Source: a virus (Duplodnaviria > Caudoviricetes). From it: DNA of 64,000 nucleotides. The notes beneath the pieces were generated by a model that was given only the letters and a program-made list of their open reading frames with translations, was not told the DNA's origin and ran no database searches. Positions 56,501 to 64,000 of the stretch are shown piece after piece; position 1 is the first letter of the stretch, and each line of letters opens with the position of its first letter. The stretch lies in the IMG/VR virus record IMGVR_UViG_3300032270_001615, positions 22,852-86,851 of that record. The stretch is one strand, 5' to 3'. The translations under genes and the position numbers were made by a program.

Positions 56501-56528
56501 CGGCCTTGTATTGAATGTCTTGTGTCAC
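53520..56528 (-). CDS. HK97-family prohead protease with ~830-aa C-terminal extension
   Basis: DSVGDVV..GAF, WGHNWNEPIG, WSIGY, LYEVSPV..GAN; GTG start with GAGGAG RBS. Confidence 0.9.
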   Translation of the reverse strand: MTQDIQYKAGNAGQINVDQAEGIVECFVAGIGNKDSVGDVVISGAFSKSLLRRKPRVVWGHNWNEPIGKVLEMYEVPASDPRLPQKMKAAGIGGLYARVQFNLQSEKGKEAFANVAFFGVEQEWSIGYKTLDAVYDQNMKANILKEVELYEVSPVLHGANQLTGTISVKSEEKNHMPIMDMRRTSIVAGIPSTYNQDDDAQDTNLFAEGVATSAEDSRKAKLLVELMKRTGSRVRIIKATDNMVLFERMTSDGESSFFRVGYHTPDGGRVFMFSRPERVIKQTMYVPAMDMNRPGIKASVTEQAYSSDVEDEEEFDDGEQSGLVEGGADEKAIWDNILGGVFRRAKKRRKSDDIELETLDELLGGEIEYKAGRVLSSRNLSKLRSAVESLQEVLSSAEKEMQEKTEEHLIPVDTKDAFRVKQAIDPILDYYRVETYVAEDGIVITSGLPDGFTDAIDTAFKSLGGSIGGGGPGKARRAGRVLTGRFDPDAIDADGDKLVQEGTAFERPATPRTPKIASGAQGRPGMVVRDDKGQIDATPAKEMLKRLEENRFKRLRDLGFSEEEIQALHSPGSGRGMPSRTVGSTTDTGKSFFEIKPKNWDSLDPYEKEERLATDLKPENSGMNREVWVAQMQRVFDEQTALEEAKEKQKRRSSLPKKPRTERQTPQTEEKPGKVVKRLSRDVPKTEQEAAEMRANDVESLQNAISYIEKLNERNSRGNKKDHAKLIDALSITLEDDLTLDGITEMRDAIEKHSSTMDTRNMTPADRNVQRGIEILDGRLAALDGFYAKDKFIDRGSRGELDAVDASRLASSEDPEVDDLGPSAIGASLVRGESNAPRPPVEGFDSKRKLAQSYLDSSKRKKMARGFASSRSADGEKAGRTQINAEATWFKQIEDSLPKEITEAQKAGDRKTADSLSLLQTIMKRQESGKTGSRRTNAGVLLTTQEETDKILEAVMAVVDRQVETGGSRAEIFAQLMDKMAQAAMSTFIDKTTEPVSSRNKN

Positions 56529-56631
56529 TGTGAGATCTCCTCTTGTACATAGAAATGATAAACCACTTCATGTATGTATGCAGGAAACAAAACCAATTAA
56601 ACGATTAAATTACAGAAATAATTTAAGTAAA

Positions 56632-58653
56632 TTACTTTTTAAGTGTAGAGCCGAATCTCCAGGCCCTAACAGTCTCTGCTTCGGCAATTTCAAATCTCTT
56701 CTTAGCAAGGAGGTTTGTAAAGGCGCTTACTGTGTAAGCCCTAAAGGCAGTACTGCGATCATCTTCGTTCTGAATATGAACAACATCTCTAACGGCTTGT
56801 TTTATTTCTGCTGAAGTCTCTTCGTTTATTTTCTTTATTCGTTCCATTTGTGATTCAAGTTGAACAAATATCTCTTCCTGAGGAAGGGATTTAACTTTTC
56901 TAGATCCAACCCCGTCTGATTTGGCTGCGTCAAGAATGATTGCCGACAAGACGGGTCTGATGTCTTCGTCCATTTGTCTTGCCCATGTTTCAGGGCTAAG
57001 TATTGACTCAACATCTAAAGAACCACTTGACAGTTGTTTCTTGGACTTTGCGCCAGCGGCTTTTTCAAGCACAACTCTCTGCTGTCTATCGAAAACTCGC
57101 TCAAGAGCCCTGTTTAGTATCTCGGTCCATCTATCCATTTCTATGGATTGCAAATGTTCTGATTTGTATTGCATTTCTGACTCATACAAAGAAGCTTGAC
57201 CAGCTGGAATTGGGGCTGCCGCTGTTTCTGGCGACATTGGTGCCTCTGCTCCTGCTGCCGCAAGAGCGCCAGACATCGTTGTTGGATCAAGCGGGTTGGC
57301 TGGTTGACCATCTGGGGTCATCATTCCACCAGCTTGTTCTGCCCCAGGAGCCGCTGGTGCTCCAGGCATTCCAGGTACTCCAGCGCCAGGAACCTGTGCT
57401 TGCGGCGAAGGCATCGGTTTCTCTGTGTTTCCAATTGGTGTCAAATTTGGATTCTGCAACATTGAGTCAGCAAGATCACTCTCTACTGTTTTCTTGCCAG
57501 TTGCTTTTCTGTATTCGTTTGCGCTAATAAGACCGTTCTGGAATTCATCCATCACGTATCTCTCTCGCTCTTGCTTATACAAAATAAGAATTGGAACTTC
57601 ACTTAAATCAAAGTCAACATAGTTTTCGTCATCAAGTTCATCGAAAGCTCTTGCAATCGGCTCAAGATGAGGAAGCATTGTTTCGTTCCAGAAAACTCTG
57701 TGTTCTTCTGCTGCGTTTGAAAAAGTTCTTCCTGCAGCATTTCCTATTACCGACTCTGGAACACCAAACGAAGCAAGTATTTCTTCTTTTGTTATTTGGC
57801 GCATCTGTATGTATGCAGCGTCGCGAGGATTTGATGCAGTATCAACGAAGTCAACACCATCATCAGACGAAACTACTGAAGTAGAGCCGCTTCTACTCAA
57901 ATTACCCCTGAATCTACTACGTAATTCTTCTTTGTCTTCGTCGTCGATCTCTCCGCGCAGAACAAGCAATCCACCCGGTCTCCCATCGTTCATGAGGAAG
58001 TTTCTGTTGTACAACTTCGCCATGTTTTCAATCTCTATAGCAACGCCAGCTGCTTCCATTGGCGTCATTGACAGATATGGGTCAAGAGGGTGAGGCTTTC
58101 TAACCCAAACAACATCTTCTGGCTTCATGATTATTTTTTGACCATGAGGCAACATAACTTCATACCCAGAAACGAATGTCTTTGGATCCGGGATTGGAGA
58201 AGTTGATTGAGGTGGTAGTAGGTTTAGGCCTATTATTTCGCCATTTCTAGAGCGTACTTTTTCTATGAACACGCCTCTCGTGCTGATCAGCAACTGAGAA
58301 GAAAGTCTGTACCTAAATATAAAGGAGTTCTCTCCAATGTTTGATTTCGTATTCAGGACTTGCAGCAGTGTTGATTTGTCAGCTTTTGTACCGACAATGA
58401 TTTCACCGTGGTTAGAGTTTCCTTTTCGCAAGATCATTGGAAGTCTTGCCTGATTGCCGGCAATAGCATCGACGCATCTTGAAACCCAAGTAACACGCTG
58501 CATGCCTTCTCTGTACGCACGCTCTATGTCCCATGAGTCTTTGTATCCCCTTGTGGTAAAGCCAGGGTTATTTGCTACTGGTGCACCAGGACCCAGAGCC
58601 TTTTCGCTCTGATTTCCAAAAAGAGATTTGTTTGTCGTTTTATTCCAAGCCAT
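56632..58653 (-). CDS. HK97-family portal protein with C-terminal extension
   Basis: WVSRCVDAIA, P.DP..G..P, NFLMNDGRPGGLL, EEILASFGVP; P/A/G-rich linker then helical tail. Confidence 0.9.
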   Translation of the reverse strand: MAWNKTTNKSLFGNQSEKALGPGAPVANNPGFTTRGYKDSWDIERAYREGMQRVTWVSRCVDAIAGNQARLPMILRKGNSNHGEIIVGTKADKSTLLQVLNTKSNIGENSFIFRYRLSSQLLISTRGVFIEKVRSRNGEIIGLNLLPPQSTSPIPDPKTFVSGYEVMLPHGQKIIMKPEDVVWVRKPHPLDPYLSMTPMEAAGVAIEIENMAKLYNRNFLMNDGRPGGLLVLRGEIDDEDKEELRSRFRGNLSRSGSTSVVSSDDGVDFVDTASNPRDAAYIQMRQITKEEILASFGVPESVIGNAAGRTFSNAAEEHRVFWNETMLPHLEPIARAFDELDDENYVDFDLSEVPILILYKQERERYVMDEFQNGLISANEYRKATGKKTVESDLADSMLQNPNLTPIGNTEKPMPSPQAQVPGAGVPGMPGAPAAPGAEQAGGMMTPDGQPANPLDPTTMSGALAAAGAEAPMSPETAAAPIPAGQASLYESEMQYKSEHLQSIEMDRWTEILNRALERVFDRQQRVVLEKAAGAKSKKQLSSGSLDVESILSPETWARQMDEDIRPVLSAIILDAAKSDGVGSRKVKSLPQEEIFVQLESQMERIKKINEETSAEIKQAVRDVVHIQNEDDRSTAFRAYTVSAFTNLLAKKRFEIAEAETVRAWRFGSTLKK

Positions 58654-58655
58654 AG

Positions 58656-58838
58656 TTACTCAACTTGGCCTAACAAGAATCCGAATATGCCACACGTTAT
58701 ACCCGCCACAATTAGTCCTAGGGGTGGGGAGATTAAAGCCGCACCAATGCTTGTAAACAGTATAAATGAACACATAAACAAATTGGCGAAGGTAGAACGG
58801 TTAAATCTGCTAAACGCCTTGCGAACAAAATTAAGCAT
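58656..58838 (-). CDS. small membrane protein upstream of portal
   Basis: 60 aa with two hydrophobic helices. Confidence 0.6.
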   Translation of the reverse strand: MLNFVRKAFSRFNRSTFANLFMCSFILFTSIGAALISPPLGLIVAGITCGIFGFLLGQVE

Positions 58839-58904
58839 ATGCACTAACGTAGCGCATAACTGTGCTCTAATCTGAATAGTGGACAATAAATCTGAAAGCG
58901 CTAT

Positions 58905-60209
58905 ATGACCGATTGGCAAAAAGTTCTTGACTACCTCGAGCCAAAGATGCCTCCGTTCGTACCAGAACAACCATCTTTAAACCAAAAAGTTTTTTTAAGA
59001 ACCTATGGGATTGAGGCTCTTTTCGGTGGGGCGGCTGGCGGAGGAAAGTCTTCAGCCTTATTGATGGCTGCTATGCAATATGTAGATGTCCCTGGATATT
59101 CGGCCATTCTTTTTCGTAGAACATTTGCAGACTTGTCTCTTCCTGGAGCCTTGATGGACCGATTCAGGACATGGATCGCCCCAAATGACGAGATCCACTG
59201 GAACAACAACAGCTTTATCGCCACATTCCCGTCTGGGGCAAGAATTTCGTTTGGTTACTTGAACAACCAAAGTGACTATCTTCGTTATAAGGGTTCGGAA
59301 TTTCAATTTATAGGAATGGACGAGGTCACGGAAATCAGAGAGAGCGACTATAGGTATCTGTTCTCACGTTTGCGCAGACCAGCAACAGGTCCGTTATCGC
59401 AAGTTCCGCTGCGAATGAGGGCTGCCTCAAACCCTGCCCCTAATTGGGTGAGGCAACGGTTCATTGTTGAAGGAATTGAAAAGGGACGCATCTTTGTGCC
59501 GTCCAAGTTGGCAGACAACCCTGGGGTTGATGCCGCCTCGTATCGTCAAGCCCTACAGGCTCTTGACCCAGTAGAGCGAAGAAGGCTGGAAGAAGGCGAC
59601 TGGTGGAGCACTACCTTGGGCTCTCTTTTTGAAAGAACATCGCTTGTAATTGTTGATGGAAACGAAATTCCACAAATTACATCTTCTGCTCGGGTGGTTA
59701 GGTTTTGGGACCTTGCGGCCACGGAACCATCAGAAAAGACACCGAACCCTGACTGGACGGTTGGCACTTTGATGCTCTTTGATCAGGGCGTGGCTTATGT
59801 TCTTGATGTCAAAAAAGCCCGAGTGAAGGGCGACAAGGTCGAACAGCTGATAGCGCAGACAGCGTACGAAGACGGGCGCACTGTTCCGATACGCATGGAA
59901 CAAGAACCAGGGTCCTCTGGAAAAGCACTTATGGATCAGTATGCAAGATACGTTGTTCCAGGTTATGATTTTTCTGCATTACGGGCTACAGGGGATAAAG
60001 TCACAAGAGCAAGACCTTTCGCCGCCGCAGTCGCCAACGGAAATGTCCGTGTCGTACGCGGACCTTGGCTAAGTGAGTGGCTAGACGAATTTGCTTCATT
60101 CCCGGAAGCATGCGATCACGACGACCAAGTCGACTCTGCCGTTGGGGCATTTACGTTTTTAACTGGATTGGGGTTGCCTCAAAGGAATCGTGTCGCTATC
60201 ATCGTTTAG
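58905..60209 (+). CDS. terL: terminase large subunit
   Basis: GGAAGGGKS, FIGMDE, RAASNP, RFWDLAAT, HDDQVDS. Confidence 0.93.
   Translation: MTDWQKVLDYLEPKMPPFVPEQPSLNQKVFLRTYGIEALFGGAAGGGKSSALLMAAMQYVDVPGYSAILFRRTFADLSLPGALMDRFRTWIAPNDEIHWNNNSFIATFPSGARISFGYLNNQSDYLRYKGSEFQFIGMDEVTEIRESDYRYLFSRLRRPATGPLSQVPLRMRAASNPAPNWVRQRFIVEGIEKGRIFVPSKLADNPGVDAASYRQALQALDPVERRRLEEGDWWSTTLGSLFERTSLVIVDGNEIPQITSSARVVRFWDLAATEPSEKTPNPDWTVGTLMLFDQGVAYVLDVKKARVKGDKVEQLIAQTAYEDGRTVPIRMEQEPGSSGKALMDQYARYVVPGYDFSALRATGDKVTRARPFAAAVANGNVRVVRGPWLSEWLDEFASFPEACDHDDQVDSAVGAFTFLTGLGLPQRNRVAIIV
60174..60202 (+). promoter_or_regulatory. SigA-type promoter inside the 3' end of terL
   Basis: (GG)TTGCCT-17nt-TATCAT upstream of 60242. 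Confidence 0.5.
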
Positions 60210-60241
60210 GAAATTACTAACCCACTACTAAAGGTGACAAA

Positions 60242-60754
60242 ATGACTCTCATTGAAGAGGTGTCCAATTTCCGTAAGTTGATATTTGACCTAGAAAACAA
60301 GATTCAAACAGAGTTTGCTTTACTAGAGGTCAATCAAGAAAACCTAGAAGCGATGTGCAACTTGCTTGTTCAAATGAACCTTGTTAAGCGAGACATTGGT
60401 TTCGTTTACGACGGTGTATCAAAAACAGTGGCTCACGCAATGGGCGACAAGAACATGCTCAATGCTAACGATGGGGCAACGGTTGAGAAGAAAATGTCAT
60501 ACGACCGTAAGGGTTGGCAACATAAAGACCTTGGTCGCGCCGTCGCTCAGAAAATTAGCGAGATGTCCGTAGACATGGATACTGGCGAAATAGTGCTTTC
60601 CCCTGAGGACATGGTGGTGAAACTCCTCGATTACATGCAACCTTCGTATTGGCGAACAACAGAACTATCAAAAGTGGGGATTAACGCAGATAACTACTGT
60701 GAAACAGGCGATCTAAAAACCAGCATTATCGTACGAAAGGGAAATGCAGAATGA
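60242..60754 (+). CDS. hypothetical protein
   Basis: 170 aa, first gene of the recombination operon. Confidence 0.7.
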   Translation: MTLIEEVSNFRKLIFDLENKIQTEFALLEVNQENLEAMCNLLVQMNLVKRDIGFVYDGVSKTVAHAMGDKNMLNANDGATVEKKMSYDRKGWQHKDLGRAVAQKISEMSVDMDTGEIVLSPEDMVVKLLDYMQPSYWRTTELSKVGINADNYCETGDLKTSIIVRKGNAE

Positions 60755-61392
60755 ACATTTATCAACAACTTACAGAACCGTTCCCGCAAGAGATGGAGCG
60801 AAGCCTCAATAAGGGCGGAGCAAACCTCACCTACATTCCGGTAAGCGAAGTTATAAACAGGCTCAACAAAGTCATTGGTGTTGACAAATGGTCATACTCG
60901 GTCAAGTCGTGGCAACAACTAGGGAACTCAATTGTTGCTCACGTGACACTGACTGCCGATATTGACGGGAACACAATCAGTAGAGATGGTGTTGGTGGTC
61001 AAAAAATCAAGATGACAAAGCAGGGTGAGCCTGTAGACATTGGCGATGAAGTAAAGGGCGCTGTCTCTGACGCACTAAAGAAAGCCGCTCAGGCTTTTGG
61101 TATTGGTTTGTATTTGGCACGAAGCGAAGATGCAATGGAGATTGAACAAGTGATTGAAGCAGCAGCAAACGTTGACCCTGAAGCAGAAAAAGTTTGGGTG
61201 GATTTCGTTGCAATCAGCAAAAAGTTAAGCGCAGAACAGCGTGATGCTTTGACTTCATTTTGGTCAACCTATAGCAACAACAGCCCAAAGCCAAAGTCGC
61301 CTAGCGATGCGAGCATCACTGATCTTAGGGCTTTGCATGGCGAGGCTGTGAGACTCTCATTTGGCGGAGAGTATGTCGTCATTGGAAACTGA
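60751..61392 (+). CDS. Rad52/Rad22-family ssDNA annealing protein (Sak-like)
   Basis: LTYIPVSEVINRLNKVIG..W...RDGVG...KGAVSDALKKAAQAFGIGLYL. Confidence 0.85.
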   Translation: MNIYQQLTEPFPQEMERSLNKGGANLTYIPVSEVINRLNKVIGVDKWSYSVKSWQQLGNSIVAHVTLTADIDGNTISRDGVGGQKIKMTKQGEPVDIGDEVKGAVSDALKKAAQAFGIGLYLARSEDAMEIEQVIEAAANVDPEAEKVWVDFVAISKKLSAEQRDALTSFWSTYSNNSPKPKSPSDASITDLRALHGEAVRLSFGGEYVVIGN

Positions 61393-62179
61393 CCTCACCC
61401 CTCCTCCATACCTGTCTCCATCATCAATAGGTACATTCCAAAACTGTCAACTTAAATTTAAATACAACAAAATAGATTTAATTCCTGACAAACCAACACA
61501 AGAGACAATGCTCGGAAACTTTGTCCATGAAACGCTTGAGCTTTTTTATGCTTATGACAAACAGGACAGAACATTGCCACTTGCAAAAACTCTTATGTCA
61601 CAAACCTGGAATGGGTATGGTGATGTTGAGGGTTGGAAAGACAAGATTTCAACACTGATCCAGGGGGAGGAAAAGCTCAGGGCTTTCAGGTGGCAGGCTT
61701 GGTGGTGTATTGAGAACTTGTGGAAAATAGAAGATCCAAATGTCGTTGAGGTTTCTGAAATAGAGCACGAGTTAAATGGTTCAATCGGTGGAGTCAAGAT
61801 GAAGGGCTTCATTGACAGATATCTTTTTGATGGAAACAACATAACGATTAGTGACTACAAAACTGGCAAGACACCAAAAAAGCAGTATGTAGACGATAAG
61901 TTTACTCAGTTAATAATCTATAGCAGTTTGCTATTAGACGAGATGGCAGACAGGTTTATCGTCAGGCCTGACCCGACTATTGAGTTGTTATACCTGAAAG
62001 ACGGTGTCAGATTCTCTAAAAAAGTAAAACCAGATGACATTGAAGAAATGACTGAAGGAATACAGAAAACAAAAAAACAGATAGATCATGCCTGCAAAAC
62101 AGGTGTGTTTAGCATAAATCCGACTATGTTGTGCAACTGGTGCGGATACAAAACCATATGTCCAGCGTGGGTGAAGTAA
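61373..62179 (+). CDS. RecB-like / Cas4-like PD-(D/E)xK exonuclease
   Basis: LSPSSI..FQNC, GNFVHETLE, GFIDR..DYKTG, QL..Y, CNWCGY...C. Confidence 0.85.
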   Translation: MSSLETDLTPPPYLSPSSIGTFQNCQLKFKYNKIDLIPDKPTQETMLGNFVHETLELFYAYDKQDRTLPLAKTLMSQTWNGYGDVEGWKDKISTLIQGEEKLRAFRWQAWWCIENLWKIEDPNVVEVSEIEHELNGSIGGVKMKGFIDRYLFDGNNITISDYKTGKTPKKQYVDDKFTQLIIYSSLLLDEMADRFIVRPDPTIELLYLKDGVRFSKKVKPDDIEEMTEGIQKTKKQIDHACKTGVFSINPTMLCNWCGYKTICPAWVK

Positions 62180-62685
62180 TGATTAATGATGATGAATTCG
62201 TTAGATTGGTAGCAGAGGAAGTAAAAAACAGACTTTCTCCAAGTCAGCGCAAAGTCCTTCTTGAAGTTGAAAATTTAGAACGCTGGAAAGAGGCTTTGAT
62301 TGCCTTGATCGACAATCTAGACAGACAGCTAGACGATATTGCAGCAGATGACTTAGCAGACGAAGAGCGATACTCTGCCTTGGGGCGTGAAGGAAAAGTG
62401 TTGATTGCTCAAGCGCAGCTTGCATATAAAAATAAAATGGACAAGATATCTAGGTTTAGATTCCATGTTGTCAGGCGCTTAGATGACGTTGTTTCGATGA
62501 TTGAAAGTGGTGACGTAGAGCAAAACGACGGATGGGAAGAAGCAGTGTTCCTTCGCAAATCCATCTCAACGCACAGGCGTCTCATGGACGAGTTTGACCT
62601 TGAAGAGACAGCACTTGACAGAGCCCTTTACATGTCGCTAGACGGCAAGTGGGAATTTGACACAATCAATATTGACAATCTTTAG
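62179..62685 (+). CDS. hypothetical helical protein
   Basis: TAATG coupling. Confidence 0.7.
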   Translation: MINDDEFVRLVAEEVKNRLSPSQRKVLLEVENLERWKEALIALIDNLDRQLDDIAADDLADEERYSALGREGKVLIAQAQLAYKNKMDKISRFRFHVVRRLDDVVSMIESGDVEQNDGWEEAVFLRKSISTHRRLMDEFDLEETALDRALYMSLDGKWEFDTINIDNL

Positions 62686-62703
62686 TATTGATATTATGGC
62701 TTT

Positions 62704-63078
62704 GTGCAAAATAGGAAGAAACCATTAAAGAGAACTCCGCTCAAGCGTGGAGCTCCTCCAAAACGGAAAACAAAACCTAAAAACAGAAGCAAAAAAACAG
62801 AAGAAAAATATAAAGAACGCCGTCCTTTTGTTGAGAAAATACTCTCCGAGCGTCCTGCTTGCCAAGCGTGTAAAGTTTTTGCTCTACACGATGAAAAAAC
62901 TATTTTTGTTCAATTACCAAGTCAAGATGTGCACGAGTTAATTCGTAGATCACAGGGTGGTTCGATACTTGACGAAGACAATGTTCTGGCTGTCTGCAGG
63001 CCATGTCACACGAGAATTGGGAACTATCCACAGTTGGCTTTTGACCTAGGTCTAGCCAAACATGGCTGGGAGCGTTAG
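62704..63078 (+). CDS. HNH endonuclease
   Basis: CQAC...DVHELIRRSQGG...NVLAVCRPCH. Confidence 0.85.
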   Translation: MQNRKKPLKRTPLKRGAPPKRKTKPKNRSKKTEEKYKERRPFVEKILSERPACQACKVFALHDEKTIFVQLPSQDVHELIRRSQGGSILDEDNVLAVCRPCHTRIGNYPQLAFDLGLAKHGWER

Positions 63079-63695
63079 TTTCCTACAGAACCAATTCGCT
63101 TGTTTACCCGCTTACTCCCAGACCAAGCACCCCTAAGGGTCTCTCCGTCGGATGTGGTCACGTCTCCGCCGTTTAGGTATGGTCCGTAATTACCGGAAAC
63201 GATAACTAAATCGGCAACACCAAAAAGAGCCAGTGTGACTCGCTTTCGTCGCCATTTTTCTTCTACAAAAATCTGTTGTATTTTTGAGTCTTGCTTGAAC
63301 CACTGGATGAATCCGACTCGCTCGGAACGGCCGACAAATTTGTTCTTGATTAAATCTGCTTCCATGACTATCGTTCCAGATGGAAAGTCTTCACCATACA
63401 AAGCATAAATAAACATCATTGGAATGTCTGGTCCATTCGGATGTGGGCGCGGTGCATCTTTAACCACATACCAAAGTGGTGGTGCAATACCCATTACATC
63501 TTTGTCTCTCCAGTTTATGAAAAGATTCTCGTCTTCATCAACAGAACCAAACCAGATTACGTCTGAATCGGTTGGTTTATCTTCAGAAACGACAATGGAC
63601 GGACGCTCAAACTCCTCCGTAGAGAAAGCATGAACTTCCGCCCATCTGTCTGTTAACTGTTTTGGTTTCCAGAACCAGAGTTGCTTAAAAGCCAT
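63075..63695 (-). CDS. hypothetical protein, possible GNAT-like C-terminus
   Basis: IQQIFVEEKWRRKRV resembles an acetyl-CoA-binding motif A. Confidence 0.55.
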   Translation of the reverse strand: MAFKQLWFWKPKQLTDRWAEVHAFSTEEFERPSIVVSEDKPTDSDVIWFGSVDEDENLFINWRDKDVMGIAPPLWYVVKDAPRPHPNGPDIPMMFIYALYGEDFPSGTIVMEADLIKNKFVGRSERVGFIQWFKQDSKIQQIFVEEKWRRKRVTLALFGVADLVIVSGNYGPYLNGGDVTTSDGETLRGAWSGSKRVNKRIGSVGN

Positions 63696-63704
63696 CCGGC
63701 TATA

Positions 63705-63935
63705 TTAGTCGTTCCACCATTCAACCCATGGCTTTTGTGTAGCAGAAACTGCATCTTCACCAGACATACCAGTGTAAGCAACCGAGATGGTGACCTTTGC
63801 GTCATTCTCGTAGCCATTCCAGCCACCCTCATAGTCGTAGACAAACATCTGAAGGATTTCGTCTGTGTTCATAACTGCAGCATCCGCGGCGTATGTCCGT
63901 GCATTCCACTCTTCTTCGCTCCAGCTTGAGTTCAT
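63705..63935 (-). CDS. hypothetical acidic protein
   Basis: 76 aa. Confidence 0.55.
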   Translation of the reverse strand: MNSSWSEEEWNARTYAADAAVMNTDEILQMFVYDYEGGWNGYENDAKVTISVAYTGMSGEDAVSATQKPWVEWWND

Positions 63936-64000
63936 AGCGCGTGATTTTTCAATAGGTTATGCAGCGGTGCTTCTAAGGTTCATTACATTGCCCCCGTAAC

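Noticed and set aside
29925-56600. Late-promoter consensus TTCC-n-TAnnnT upstream of MCP, the 477-aa gene and the protease
   Set aside because: Spacing to the -10 varies from 18 to 20 nt with few instances; cannot be separated from chance by eye.
28529-60209. Stop-codon reassignment
   Set aside because: All conserved genes are full length in the standard code.

Overview
This window is 64 kb of a large tailed dsDNA phage with an HK97-fold head. The host is very probably an actinobacterium: there are two WhiB genes, about ten apparently leaderless genes and SigA-type promoters. There is no host core gene, integrase or CRISPR array. Left and middle (1-28.4 kb): small early genes, a HARP-SNF2 helicase, a DUF932-like gene, an SLT/lysozyme, SSB, primase-helicase, a putative terS, class II RNR, four tRNA or tRNA-like genes, two Fe(II)/2OG oxygenases and a holin-like cassette. 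Right (28.5-60.2 kb): the head module (major capsid, prohead protease, portal, terL), then a Rad52-like/RecB-like/HNH operon. The most striking feature is about 23.7 kb of large modular genes between the prohead protease and major capsid genes. These proteins, the protease itself and genes at 12-15 kb share short peptide tags: [FY]DP[DN]AxDxDxDxxVQEGTxFxRP x5, RCPxG..FTD..C x2 and PCxxGY..GK..CV x2. They also share recurring G[MF]xSxR module junctions and K-[SA] sites resembling the HK97 protease cleavage site. Their domains are toxin-like: zeta-toxin kinase, HipA/PI3K-like kinase, ADP-ribosyltransferase-like and HExxH metallopeptidase. Several are followed by small coupled ORFs. I interpret this as a possible capsid cargo-addressing and polyprotein effector system; that is inference and untested. 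Also notable: a ~1.4 kb tract with no A/T run of 4 or more (14272-15647; candidate packaging terminus) and a D-armless tRNA-like gene with a UAU anticodon. All family assignments come from motif recognition by eye, without database searches.
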